Notes under the pieces: generated by a model
Told to the model about the DNA's origin: nothing
Database searches by the model: none
The model's input: the letters and a program-made list of their open reading frames with translations, nothing else
Translations under genes and position numbers: made by a program
DNA from: Octopus sinensis
Lineage: Eukaryota
Assembly (NCBI RefSeq): GCF_006345805.1
Contig: NC_043007.1
Span: forward strand, 76,756,001-76,820,000
DNA length: 64,000 nt
Direction: 5' to 3'
In this document: positions 1 through 12,115 of the stretch, piece after piece
Layout of the letters: each line of letters starts with the position of its first letter
Numbering within the stretch: the first letter of the stretch is position 1

Positions 1-150
1 TATTGCCTTGTTTGTGAAACTACTTGAAATTTTGTAGTGTTGGTATGAATGCGTATGTCTGTAAATGAAAATTTTGTTTGTTTGGATAGATAATGAGTGC
101 ATATGTATTGAGTAAGTACAGAATTCTTAGTATCTCTTGATTTTTAACAA

Positions 151-525
151 GACTTGACTATGTGGCACTTTGTGCAAGTGTCTTCTACTACAGCCTTCGG
201 CTAACCAAAGCCTTGTGAGTGTCTTTGGTAAACAGAAAGGCAGAAAGAACCCATCGTATATATGCATGTATACGTTTTATTGTCTCCTTGCCTTGACTTT
301 CTGTGATTGTTGTAAATGAGTGCCACTGTCATGCAAGCTGTGTTCTTCATTTCCAGCCTTCCTTAAAAACATGTCTGGTCATGGGGAAATATTACCTTAC
401 TTGCAAACAGTTGAGAGTTAGTGATAAGAAGGCATCTCCTCATGGAAAATCCACCTCTACAGATTCTGTTTGATCTATGTGGACATGGAAAAGTGGACAT
501 TTAAAATGATAATGAGGATGATGAC
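151..525 (+). mobile_element. Composite SINE remnant (family A body followed by an RTE-type 3' tail ending in (GAT)n)
   Basis: caagtgtcttctact...ccaaagccttgtgagt matches the copies at 43005 and 59007; the tail matches the reverse complement of 4538-4692. Confidence 0.6.
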
Positions 526-1217
526 ATCTGATTTGTTAGTAGATGTAGGGAAGAAGCTAGGCATGCCTTCAGTAAATTGAGAGTCAGCCACTATTTCTCT
601 AGATAATTGACAGACCATAGTTAGAAATCACTAACTGCTGTTTTCTGAAGTGTGTGGCATACAGTAACTTTCCAGTGTTTTATTTCTAAATATTTTGTTT
701 ATGAGGCCAAAAGTTTTATTTGATTTCCTCTACTTGGTGTCTTCTCCACCAGTAATTTATGGTAGTTTTTCATTCAATATGCCTAATTAGTTTACATTAA
801 CTTTCTCTATCACTGCAGTCATCTTTATTTTGTATTTTTCTCTTGAGTTGTGGAAATAACTGTATAAAAAATAAAATGAAAAATAAATGAATAAATAAAT
901 AAAAAAACTTGTGTACAAATACATGATGGAATCAGATAATTGGTGAAAAGATTGATTAACAATCTTTGAATTTGAATCTTGCAAAAATTTATTTTGTCTT
1001 CTATCAATCTAGAATCTTATGTAATAGCAAGCATGCAAAGATTGTTTGCTTTCAAATATATTACCATTTCTCTATCTTTTTAAGGCAATAATAGTTCTTT
1101 ACTTATGCTGTGTAGTTAACATCACCATTATTTTGTCTGTTATATTGTTGTTCACAACTTTCATTATGTTTGTATATTCTGCATTTTTAAATACTTGAAT
1201 ATATACTTTTTAAAATA

Positions 1218-1560
1218 CAGATGGTTGTGTGATTAAGAGGCTCACTTTGCAACCATGTGGCTTTTGACTCAGTCCTACAGCCCATCATCTTAGGCAATTG
1301 TCTTTGACTAGTCCTTTGAGTGAATTTGGTAGATGGAAACTGTGTAGAAGCCTGTTGTGTGTGTTTGTATTTCCCTCTCTTCCTGTTTGACCGGTGTTGG
1401 TTTGTTTACATCCCTGTAACTTAGCAGTTTGACAAGAGAGGCTAATAGAATAAGTACCAGACTCTGAAAATAAAACGTGTACTGGGGATGATTTGTTTGA
1501 CTAAAACCCTTTAATGCAGTGTCCCAGCATGGCCACAGACTGAGACAAGCAAAAAATAAA
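1218..1560 (+). mobile_element. tRNA-derived SINE, family A, diverged full-length copy
   Basis: Same head (tgtg.ttaag...ttgcaaccatgtgg), central (GT)n and tail (ccagcatggccacag..tgagacaagcaaaa) as the copies at 24890, 43221 and 58281. Confidence 0.7.
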
Positions 1561-1719
1561 AACTTATGTAAGTCAATCATATGAATCTGCTCACATTTTG
1601 ATAATTATCCCTTCTGCTCATTCAAACACATCTTTACTAATGTAGATAAGATACCATTTTATAAATAATACATCAATGCAGGTACATATTAAATATGATA
1701 ATCCTTTTCTTTTTCTGGG

Positions 1720-1860
1720 TTCAGCAATTAGTCTGTGGCTATAGTAGGGCACCACCTTTAAGGTGCTTAATTCTTAACTGGTGCTTATTTTATCAGCTAC
1801 AAAAGGATGCACAACAAAGCTGAAATGTGCAATCATTTGTAGACTTTGTGGAAAATACTG
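1720..1860 (-). mobile_element. SINE fragments (family A tail / family B core)
   Basis: actggtgcttattttatc...aaaggatg is the reverse complement of the family B core at 20820-20850. Confidence 0.45.
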
Positions 1861-1881
1861 TAATATAAATTATCTTCCACT

Positions 1882-1885
<4 letters not shown>

Positions 1886-1951
<66 letters not shown>
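1886..1951. repeat. (TA)n microsatellite
   Basis: Directly visible, one interruption. Confidence 0.97.
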
Positions 1952-1959
<8 letters not shown>

Positions 1960-1991
1960 TATTAGTAAAAGTGAATGGTTTAGTGATTAGG

Positions 1992-2175
1992 ATGTGGGAT
2001 TGTAATATCATAGTTTCAATTATGCATTATGTTCTTGAGCAAATCACTTCGTTTTACATTGTTCCACTTCACTCAGCTGGTAAAAATGAGTAATCCTCCG
2101 ACTGACTGGCACCCCATTATAGATATTTGCTAGAGAAACTGGGAAACCGGTCCTATGCTCCTGAGAGTGTAATGT
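1992..2175 (+). mobile_element. SINE remnant with a CORE-like segment
   Basis: gagcaaatcacttc...cactcagctggtaaaaatg; gactggcacccc...gaaactgggaaaccggtcctatg is shared with the reverse complement of 52810-52885. Confidence 0.5.
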
Positions 2176-2544
2176 GGACTAACTAATGAGATATATTATT
2201 ATGACTGACAACAAACAAAAATAATAACAAAAATGATTTTAGAGATATTAAAAAAAACCCTTCCAATTTTTATGAAATAAATGGTAAACTATAGCAATAA
2301 CCATTATCTCTAAAATTAAAGATTGATCGTGAAATTGAGATCTCAGCAATTTTGATGATAATATGACAAATATCCTAAATAAGTTTACTACACTAAACCA
2401 GAAAAAAAAGATCAATTTGGAATCATTAAAAGTCAATGTCAAGCTAATCAATATTATCTAACAATTTATATGTGTCAGTGGAAGTTGAAAGTATCAACCT
2501 ATACTTGCTGTATAGGTTCTCTATTTTTTATGTTTGTGCATCAG

Positions 2545-2595
2545 AAAGAATGACTCGAAGGAGAAAGTGCTGCACTTGAGGGTAGAAAATGGTTT
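2545..2595 (+). other. Weak candidate 51-nt upstream (UTR) exon
   Basis: T-rich tract + catcag acceptor and TTT|GTAAGT donor; the frame that would join RIPOR contains a stop, so it could only be non-coding. Confidence 0.2.
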
Positions 2596-3231
2596 GTAAG
2601 TTTTTAGTCTATTGAAATTATCGTGTTCCTAGGAAAGATACTTGAATTATATTTACCTTGCTAAGAGCAGTTCTCTTTTTACATAATTAAGAACCTTATT
2701 AGTTATGTATAAAATTAAGAGCACTTTATTATTTTCTTTGGAGGGTCATTATATGACAGTAACAAGCATATGTGCTGATTCTATTTCACTTCTTACTAAT
2801 AGTCAATTTGTTAGTATTTAACTTCTTAACTAATCAATTGTTTCATCATTTGTTCAGTCAATCACTCAGTTAACTTGATCTGTCAGGAAGACAAACATGA
2901 AGCAGAGAGAGCATTGAAAGGATTTTGATAAACCTAGCTGATAGATAAATTGGCCATGTAATTAACCAAACAGTCGATTAATTTATTGGTTAAATGTTAA
3001 TGAATTGACTAATAATAATGATAATAATAAATCTAACTAGGTCCCACCTGCAAGGTCATGTACTGTTTATCTTGATATAAGATCACCATGTCGTGCACAT
3101 CTAGTTGTGATGTATGTGTCTGGTGTACCCTTATCATATGGGTAGTCATGATGAGCATATTGGGCTTCATATATTTGTACCCCAGTGGCACTTTGATGGC
3201 ATGCACCACTCTCTCACTCAATAATAGTAAT

Positions 3232-3350
3232 AATTAGAAGGGCCATCCATCTATAGAAATCATGCCAAAAGAGACAAATGCTGGCCAGCTCCTGTCAAAC
3301 TGTCCAACCCATGCCAGCATAGAAAATTGACATTAATCGATGATGATGAG
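3232..3350 (+). mobile_element. RTE-type 3' tail (family C)
   Basis: gaagggccatccatctatagaaa...ccaacccatgccagcatagaaaa..gacattaa..gatgatgatgag matches the RTE 3' end at 42830-42960. Confidence 0.6.
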
Positions 3351-4537
3351 GACTCTTTCATAAATATTTGTGATATCATAAGTTGATTGTTGCAGCATAG
3401 GTTTTCATGAAACAAACTTAGGTAGTTTAACAAATGATGAGTCAGAGAGTTTTTGTGAGTATGGGTAAACTCTAGAATCTGAGGAAACTAGTGATGATCT
3501 GCATCAGTAATAGCTAATCAGCTGGATAACTAGATAGATTTCAATAAATTCATTTGCTATGATGACTGTGAAACTAGTGTTTGAGGCCCTTCATCTGACA
3601 GTGATGAGAAAGGAAGTGTTGTTGTTTGTGTTGGTGCTTCAAACCCAAACAACAACAACAACACTTTTTTCTATGTTTCTCATTCTCATCAGAAGATCTC
3701 AGTTGAAGACACACAATTAGCACTTCAAGTGCCTGAAAACCTTTTGAAACATCAAGTGTATAACACTTATATTTGTCCATATCCTGAACTCAAAATATTT
3801 TAGTTTAAATTATCATCATCAATAATAAAAAGAATATTGAAAATATTTGCCCCACTTGCTGTTTAATAACTGCTCCATTTTTAAATGAAAGATATAACTG
3901 ATTGATGTTTATTGGCACTAGTACTGTGTTTCTGATAAAAAAGACACTGAGCCCTCAATCAATCTAACTTTAATAGTTACTATTGTGTATATAGCTCATT
4001 ACTTTAGCAATAGTGATGGTGGTTGTTGGGAATCTACTTGGTAAATGCATTTTGTGCATGCTAGTAATAATAATGATTTTAAATTGGTGTCTTTTGTAGG
4101 AGGGAGTAGTGGATGTTATTTAAGAACTCATCATTAAACATTTGAATAAGCCCCAGAACACTCTGAAACTTCATGGTAAAAGTTGTGAATAAAATAAAAC
4201 AAAAAAGTTGGTTGGGCCAGATGGCTAATGTGTCTTTCTTGGAACATCTTCATATTAATAAATAAAAAAAAGAAGAAAAAACTAGTTTTTACATCCTTTC
4301 AGACTAAAGTTAGTTGCAGTCAAATGTTAAGAGAAAATTTACAGAATTTATTTACCAAGAATATAGCATACAAGAACCAACAATAGGATAGTTGAGCCAC
4401 TTCAACAACTACATTGAAGCTCTTTGCTGAGTCCTCATTTGCTCCTGAAGCTACATATGTAATTGGGAACAAAATCATTCCAAAGATTTGCACCTGAATT
4501 CTCAAAGGAAAGAAAAATATTTTTTAATGTATGTTTT

Positions 4538-4692
4538 CATCATCATCATTGTTTCATTGTCCACTTTTCCTTGCATGCATAAGTCAAGTGAAGTTTATTG
4601 AGGCAGATTTTCTATGACTGGATGCCCTCCTGTTGCCAGCCCTCACCTGTATCCATGTAAAATAATATTTCTCCATGGCCAAACATGTTTTT
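4538..4692 (-). mobile_element. RTE-type tail SINE/LINE fragment (family C variant)
   Basis: (CAT)n then gtccacttttcc...ggatgccctcctgttgcc; reverse complement of 360-525. Confidence 0.65.
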
Positions 4693-5966
4693 GAAGAATA
4701 TTAGAAATGAATGACACTTCTTGCTTCTATACACTCTTCTGTCTCTCTGTCTTGTTTTCTGTGTCTTTCCTTGTTTCACTATCTCTTATTCTTCCCTGTC
4801 TCAATGCCTTTTGCCCCTCTTATTCTTCTTTCTCACACTCTATTTCCCCTTTTTTACTCTTTCACTATTTCTTCCCTTCTCTTTTTTTCGCTGTTACCTC
4901 TTGTGTTTGTGTCTCTTTCTGGAATTACAACCAATTTTGTTTCTTCGTTTTTAACTTCAGTTAAGGAATTTGAAAAACCATATAAAAAGTAACATGTCAT
5001 GATCACAAAATATTTGCTACCAGGAGTCTTTGCCTTTGGAAATAACTAATCCTGATAATAATTCTGATTGTGCTCATTTTCTTTTTTATTCCTTACTTTT
5101 GTTTTCCTGTTAGCCATAAAATAATCAAGCCATCAATATATATAGTATAAAGTTATAAGTACTGGAAAATGCTAGTTTATATTTTTTATATCATCCTCTC
5201 TAAATTGAAATTTTGCCCTTTCCATTGTTGTATACTCTAGATGTGTTCTAGAGTGTACCAAGTTTATGGCCCCTGGATTGCTTTAGCTTTATTCCCTTAG
5301 ATTGATAATACCCTTGGGAAATTAATAAATATTACAAATTCCATTACTTTATCTGCTGACGTAAATAGAACAGATCACTCATTGATGGATACTTCTGATC
5401 AAATAACTGACTCTACTTACAACAGTCATAAATTGTGTGTTTAGATTTTGAATTTAAGTCATGGCATTCTCATTTAAATAGCGTGAAGTGAGTCATGAGA
5501 GCTTTAGCTGCTCCAGTAATCAGGTTTGGCCACTATGTAACTGCTCCCTCATTAGCTTATGAACTGTTTGTTGATAAGGAAGATAATAATGTTACTAATC
5601 GTGGTAGTGATGGTAATGATACTGTTATTAATGTTTTAAGTCTTAAATGGCATATTTTTGTATTTCTAGTTTAATAGTGCTGATTTTATTTTTGTTATAG
5701 TATGTGTAGTTACTTTTCAAATGTGTGTGTGTGTAAAAGCTTATATCTTGTAGATTTTTACTTTGAAATAGATCACCATCTACAGTGATGATATTTTAAA
5801 TTAACATTTAAAAAAAAAATTATTTGCATTTAATTTTCAGATCAGATAAGATTGAAGTTGTCACTGAGTCCTTTGCAATTACAAAAACTTCAAAATGAAA
5901 GACCAGGTAAGCAGATTGCATTCTTCTTATATTAAACTGAAGTACACACAACCATGCATGCTTGTG

Positions 5967-5969
5967 CAC

Positions 5970-6004
<35 letters not shown>
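5967..6004. repeat. (CA)n microsatellite
   Basis: Directly visible. Confidence 0.97.
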
Positions 6005-6005
<1 letters not shown>

Positions 6006-6793
6006 TTTGTGCAACATGTTCTTACATAGAAATGATTAAACATATGCTTTATGGTATATTGTGTAATTTTTATCACTTCCTAATTGCCAAATTAACACCA
6101 ACAGGATGATTTATTCTAGATACTTATTGGGTGAGAGGGACTGATAACAGGAGATTTTTGGTTGTTATAAAAATAGTCTGAGGAAGTGTGTGTGTGTGTG
6201 TATGTGTGCACATGTACGCATGCACATACTCTGTTTCTGCCTGAAGATTCTGTAAAGAGAGAAAGCTATATAGAGATATGTTGTTGACTGAGCCAGAGCT
6301 GATGGAACCCTATTAAGTTGAAGTAGAGCAAAGTTAGAAGTATATTTATATAGAGAGTGAATTAAATCCTATTTCTGTTTGAAATGAAAACCCTTTACAT
6401 TCTGCTTAGTGTTATAGACAAGCTACAAAAACTAGATATTTGTCTCTACTCTGCAAGAGTCTTACTCCACCCCCAAGAAACCCCCTTGGCAAAGGATGGT
6501 ATTTTGGGGGATTAACCATATTAATAAGCACTAACAACTTTTCACTCTTGCTTACTCTTCCCAGAGTTGATACACAGGTTGCAGCAGTTGGAGCTAGAGT
6601 TTTAATACAATTAGATATTGTAATTAATAAATAATTAAACCTTGATATTGATGTGCTTGCATGACATTCTGATTTTTTTTCAATTAAGGGCAGTTAACCT
6701 TATATAAACATTGTTATGCATTTTGCCTATGGTGATAGCATAACCCCTGCTAGAAATTTGATGAATGAAACAATTTAGTGAGAGCATCTAGCT

Positions 6794-7058
6794 CATTGGT
6801 TCTCCACCAGGGTCTATGTGACCCTTGGGGATCCATATAAGATTTTGTTGCTAAAATTTGTGCAATAAACTAGTTATACTTCTTCAATATACAAAATATT
6901 TTAACAATTTTTTGTTATACAATTCCTAATATTATTTAATTCTAAAAGTAAAATAGGATTTTTTATCCATCAAATGATGTATAAGAAATAAAGGTCCAAC
7001 CAAGCAAAACAGGTATCAGAGAGGGGTCCATGGGTAAAAATATGTTTGAGAACTGCTG
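6794..7058. mobile_element. hAT (Charlie-like) MITE, 265 bp
   Basis: Ends cattggttctccacc and gtttgagaactgctg are imperfect TIRs of the CAGTGGTTCTCAA type; subterminal ggggtcca/gggatcca; flanking 8-mers atctagct and gtcctgct match 5/8 as a decayed TSD. Confidence 0.7.
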
Positions 7059-7944
7059 GTCCTGCTGGTTACTCAGTCTACTTTATTTTCTTCATTTTGC
7101 AGCATACTAATTTAAAGATGGGGTAAGTGGTGGAAGTACATTGAATAAGTAGCCTGCAGTACACTATGTCTAGGAAAAAAAAAAAGAGACTGATTAGTCA
7201 TGGTTGGAATGTTTTTGATTGTAGGTCTGCTCAATCAGGGTAGACCTGTGCACTAAACAAAAACAACAAAGACAGTCATGATAAATGAAGCCAAACTATT
7301 ATGATGCTTTTGTCATTTATAAAGGTAGCACAGCTCTTTAATTAGGATTCGTGTTGTTAGTCAGCTGTTTGATTACTTCCCAACTCCATGTAGTTTCTGT
7401 TTAGCTATATAATTAGCAAGTATGTAGTAACTAGTAAAAGCAGAAGGCTCTGTGTGTTATATTTTAACCATTTCTCTATATATGCCATGCTAACTCATCC
7501 AACAATAACCAAATACATACCCTGTGTCCAGAGTATGTATGTAACGTGTTCTTTATTATACAAGAGTCATAAAATCCAAAATTAATAAATTTTGATTAAT
7601 GGGAATGATGAAAACATTTTACCAAACAATTGTAAATACAGAAACCAGAAGTTATTTAGTTTTCAATTTCTAACGCTTGCTCTGACAATATGACTCTGGT
7701 GCAATTAAAAGTCTAATTATAAATAAATGCAGTGAAAACCAGTTATGCACAATTCTCTGAAAATATATCTAATTCTGTCCATGTATTCTGGCCATAGAAA
7801 TTTGGAGAAGATAATGCAAGCCTATATCAGATGGAAAGTCATTCATAAGTGCGGGTCAAGTTATTCAGTAACTGTTGACTTCACAATAACAATAGCCTGT
7901 TGAGAAGAGCTGAGAATGAGTCAGCGAGCAGCAGGCACACTATA

Positions 7945-8160
7945 TCAGTCAACAGTCAGTGGTGATGGAACATTTTCATCATATCTGTTAACTGCACTGT
8001 AAAAAAAAAAAAAGGAAGATAAAATGAAAAAAAAGTAACAAAATTCACCAGATTGATTTATGTTAATTTGTTCATAACAGGAATTAAAACAGTTAGGTAG
8101 ATTTTGATGTTTAGAGGAAACAATTCAGAAAAAAAAAAAAAAAAAAAAGTTCAAATGCAG
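7945..8160 (+). other. Candidate non-coding (alternative) first exon of RIPOR
   Basis: Full-consensus CAG|GTAAGT donor at 8160/8161, preceded by non-repeat sequence with Inr-like TCAGT (7945, 7956) and TGAGTCA (7917). The start is a guess and there is no transcript evidence. Confidence 0.35.
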
Positions 8161-8567
8161 GTAAGTTATACGATAACATTTCAGATACCTATAAATTAAT
8201 CATGAACTGAACGAAATACTAGGATATACTTTTGGCCAACTAATTTTAGAGAAATAAACTAACTGAAGTGAGAAACGAAGATAGCAAAGACGATTATAAG
8301 AAGAAAATATTACATAAAATTATAGTTACTCTTGGGCTGCTAATAACTGACTGGTGTATGCTGCTGCGGCCATGAGTCAGTAAGAGTGGGTGTTCAGTTA
8401 ACTGAATGATTGCCTCTTAATGTTATATGGGATGATAGCCAGCCGTGTAGAAAGTAATTATTCATTTGTTTGTTTATTTCTTGATTACTGGCTTGTGATT
8501 AAGAATTTTCTTCGAAGTATTGGGTTCAGTACCACTATGCATCACTTCGTACAAGTGCTGGTTTTTT

Positions 8568-9003
8568 ACATTATTTACATTCAACGGATATTTGTCCTCA
8601 TCTTGTTTGTTGTTAAAACAACATTTCAGCTGATATACCCTCCAGCCTTCTTCAGGTGTCTTGGGGAAATTTCGAACCTGGGTTCTCATTCCTAAGGTAT
8701 TTTTTTATGTTATTATTATTATTGTTATTGTTCAGGTCACTGCTTGGAATCAAACTTGGAATCTTGGGTTTAGTAGCCTGTGCTCTTAACCACAGTGAAC
8801 AATAATAGTAATAATAATAATAATAATAATTTTGAAAAATACCTTAGGAATGAGAACCCTGGTTCGAAATTTCCCCAAGACACCTGAAGAAGGCTGGAGG
8901 GTATACCAGCCGAAACATTGTGTTAACAACAAACAAGATGAGGACAAATATCTGTCGAATGTAAATAATGTGCATAATTCCTCATCTCTTAAATATAGAA
9001 CTG
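8568..9003. mobile_element. Fold-back element: minus-strand tRNA-like head plus two inverted copies of a 137-bp Penelope-like (pLTR-type) module
   Basis: Arms 8568-8704 and 8835-8971 match at 129/137 in inverted orientation. The spacer holds inverted (AAT)n tracts and, on the minus strand, tggttaagagcacaggctactaaacccaagattccaagtttgattcc (decayed A/B box). Confidence 0.8.
8880..8923 (+). ncRNA. Minimal type I hammerhead-ribozyme-like motif (probably CpG-decayed)
   Basis: acac-CTGAAGA-a-GGCTGG(agggtata)CCAGCC-GAAAC-ATT-gtgt: catalytic core, perfect 6-bp stem II, 4-bp stem I; the second copy on the minus strand supplies the G missing from the ACGT stem III palindrome. Confidence 0.5.
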
Positions 9004-9712
9004 TTTGTTTTTTGTTGCTGTTTTTTTTTAAATCAAAGTTTTAGTTGAATCATTCTTTGTGAGTGAAAGTGAGTTGATAGAAATTGTGCAGAAACCCATC
9101 AAATGAACAGTTTCTTGTTATTCAAAAGAACAACTTGTTACACATTGTATTATATTGTGGTTGGAGATTATATTAAAGGGGCATGTTTCTGTGGAATGCT
9201 CAGTCCTTGGTATTATATTACTATGAATAAGTACATCTTTTGAAAGATCATGTCACACACATGTAATTTTATATAGTATTAATAATGATTAATCAAAGAT
9301 GTTTAGTTTCATAAATCAAATTGAAAATCTTTATCAATCAATCAATTGGTTAATGAACTAAATAAGCTGAATAATGATGATTCATCAGTTTTTAAGAACT
9401 ACGTGTTCAAGAGAAGGTAAAACAGATGCCTGTTAACATTTGAGACTAACTGTAAATGAAAAGAAGAATTAATCTCAAGAATCAAGAATTCTCTGGAATT
9501 CTTGATCTCATTAAGAAAAGCTTTTGTTTTTCTTGCTCAAGAAACAGACAGACAGCTGTAGACTCTTGTATCCTACACACATGTACGCACACGTGTGTGT
9601 GAGTGCATGTGTCTGTGCTTTGCCCTTGCCAAAGCACAATGTATCACCTTGATTCCATGATTCTGCTTGAAGATTATGTTAAAGATATGTGCCTTTGAAA
9701 TACTCAGATATA

Positions 9713-10907
9713 TGGGGGTTGGCTGAAAAGTTTATAGGCTGGAATCTGACCAAATGTTATATTTCAACACAGTCTCCTTTGCAGTCCACACACTTCTATC
9801 TGTGTTGCAGTACTTGGATCCCATTGGTGAAGAAGCTTTCATCTTGTTGGTCAAAAAAGTCATCAACAGCAGATATGATGCCCTCATCATTGCGATACTG
9901 GTTCCCAGCCAAATGTTTTTCATGCTGGTAAACAGATGATAGTCAGATGGGGACAAATCAGGAGAATGATGCACAGCAGTCATTGAATCCAAGAACTTGT
10001 GTGCTGGAGCAAGACTCTTTCATCAGTTTTCCTGGTTGTTCGGTCTTGGTGGTCTTTTGTAACTATCTCAGCAAATTGGAATAGTTCTTTCCATTGATAG
10101 TTTGACTCTTTTCAAGATAGTTGATAAACACAGTATCTTTTGCATTCCCAAAAGCAAAGGCCATCACCTTCCATGCAAATGAAATGACCTTGGCCTTTTT
10201 GGAGCAGTTGAGGAGGGGGTGTTTCCATTGCCTAGATTGTCTCTAGCTCGGTGATGAATCCAACACTGGATAAGGAAACATTCAAGGAAACCAGTTGGAT
10301 ATGCCTCAAACAGTGTTAGATTTTCCCAGGATGTGACCAACCTGGTGTACTTTTCATCAGGTGTCAGAAGACATGGCACCCACTGAGGTGATATCTTCAT
10401 CATGCCAAGTTGATTGTGCAAACTATTCTCAACTCTCTCATGGAATATGCTAATAGCACTGGCTATTTTATTTATAGTCAACTACCTATCATTCATCACC
10501 ATATGGTGAACACTATCAATGTTTTTGGTGGAAGTTGCAGGATACCCAGACTTTGGATCATCTTCAAGACTCTTTCTTCTCCCAAATTCAGCTACCCACA
10601 CTTTTGCACTGTTGATAAAGCTGGAGCATCATCTCCTAATGTAGCAACCATGTCAACATCAATGTCCTTGGGGGCTAAACATTTTTTCTGCAGATACTTG
10701 ATAATACCATGATTCCAAATTTGATCTATTTTCAAGAGAAATTGCTATTAGTTACATTTGAAGTCTTTGAATAGTCAGATATAGGGATTACCTGGAATGA
10801 AACAATGCAGTTATTAATAAGAAGTACTGATATTAATGCCTACAAGATTTCACAGCTCTAGCATCACTATTCCATAGTCAGCTTTTGAACTTTTCACCCC
10901 ACCCTTG
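9713..10907 (-). mobile_element. Near-full-length mariner (Tc1/mariner) DNA transposon, about 1.2 kb
   Basis: TA at both ends (9711-12 and 10908-09); terminal inverted repeats match 23/31 including the TA (ggg.tgg.tgaaaagtt.a.a.gctg); transposase motifs inside. Confidence 0.9.
9732..10730 (-). pseudogene. Disrupted mariner transposase
   Basis: IIKYLQKK.LAPKDID.DMVATLGDDAPALSTVQK (HTH), LGMMKISPQWVPCLLT (WVPxxL linker), HSPDLSPSDYHLF (YSPDLAPxD); split by frameshifts and stops (ORFs 10164..10481 and 9732..9992). Confidence 0.9.
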
Positions 10908-11059
10908 TATATTATAATATAGTTAATATATCTCTTAATTGAACGATTATAACACATGTTCATTAAATGAACATATAAGCCTGTAAAGAGATGCCATCTT
11001 TATACATACACAAATTATATATTTTTATCACCTGCAGTCTGGATATGATATTTAGTTTC

Positions 11060-11330
11060 ACCGTCATCAACGTCATCATTGTTTAATGTCTGTTTTCCAT
11101 ATTGGCATGAGGTAGCACCAAGCTCCAATGTCGGTTTTGGCATGGTTTCTTGATGTCCTTAATTCCAACAACTTTACAGAGTGTACTGGATACTTTTTTA
11201 TATGGCACCAGCACTAGTGATGTCATCAAGTAACTCACAAGTCAAGGCACTTCAATTGATCAGGAAGTAGAATCAAGGAGTTGACTTTATGCAGGTGATT
11301 AGGGGGTTAAAGTATGAGAGTGGGGCAGTT
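11060..11330 (-). mobile_element. RTE-type 3' tail fragment (family C)
   Basis: catcattgtttaatgtctgttttccatattggcatg...ggcatggtttct...ggcaccagcac; reverse complement of 42770-42960. Confidence 0.6.
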
Positions 11331-11788
11331 TATTTAATGAATTTAATCTTTGATTTATTATGGTATTTACAATAATTTAGATTTATGAGGACAGTTGCCA
11401 GACTAACTACAGTATAATATTTATATCTTGTTCTTTTTAAATTTCATGTTCAAATCCTACTGAACTCACTTCACCTTTTATTCTTTTGTTGTTCATAAAA
11501 TAGAACTAGTGTTCCTAAAGTAATATATTCTTAGTGAACAAATTGACTTTCTATCAAGTCAAATAGAATAAAAAATAAAAATATTTAGCTATTAAGAAGC
11601 TTGCTCATCACAGGATGGAAATTGAACCTAATTAGTATCAATCAATTTTAAAGAAAGTGAAATAAAAAAAATTTTAAACAAGCACTATTATGTTCATTTT
11701 TGCTTTATTTTGTATTATATATTGTTATCAAAGTAACCCGGCTGTAGATATACGATGAAAGACAGATTCTGATACTTAGTAATATATA

Positions 11789-11790
<2 letters not shown>

Positions 11791-11819
<29 letters not shown>
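11791..11819. repeat. (TG)n microsatellite
   Basis: Directly visible. Confidence 0.97.
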
Positions 11820-11821
<2 letters not shown>

Positions 11822-12115
11822 AAAATGAAACAAAAGTGAATATAATGGTATATGTGTGTGCTTTAAATGTCTATCATGTCTGTATCAAATTACAATCTCT
11901 AATGAAATATCTTGTAAATTAATAATTCATCTGATACTTATTTAGTTCAATAACTGATTTATTAATAAAGGTTTTCAATTTGATTTCTGAAACTAAACAT
12001 CGTTCATTAATCACTTTTAATATTTTGCACAATTACATGCTTGTGACAGGTTGTCTTTCAATACTAGCTTCTTTCCTTTATTTTGATTTGTTACTTTGTT
12101 TCATTATATTTGTAG

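Noticed and set aside
5301-5444. Protein-like open stretch IDNTLGKLIN...SHKLCV after a cttag
   Set aside because: No convincing donor in a phase compatible with exon 1, it ends in a stop, and it has no recognisable homology.
11980-12115. 5' part of the 216-aa ORF (TTG start) as coding
   Set aside because: It is AT-rich, F/L/I-rich intron and polypyrimidine sequence ending in a clear tgtag acceptor at 12115; only the part from 12116/12127 looks coding.
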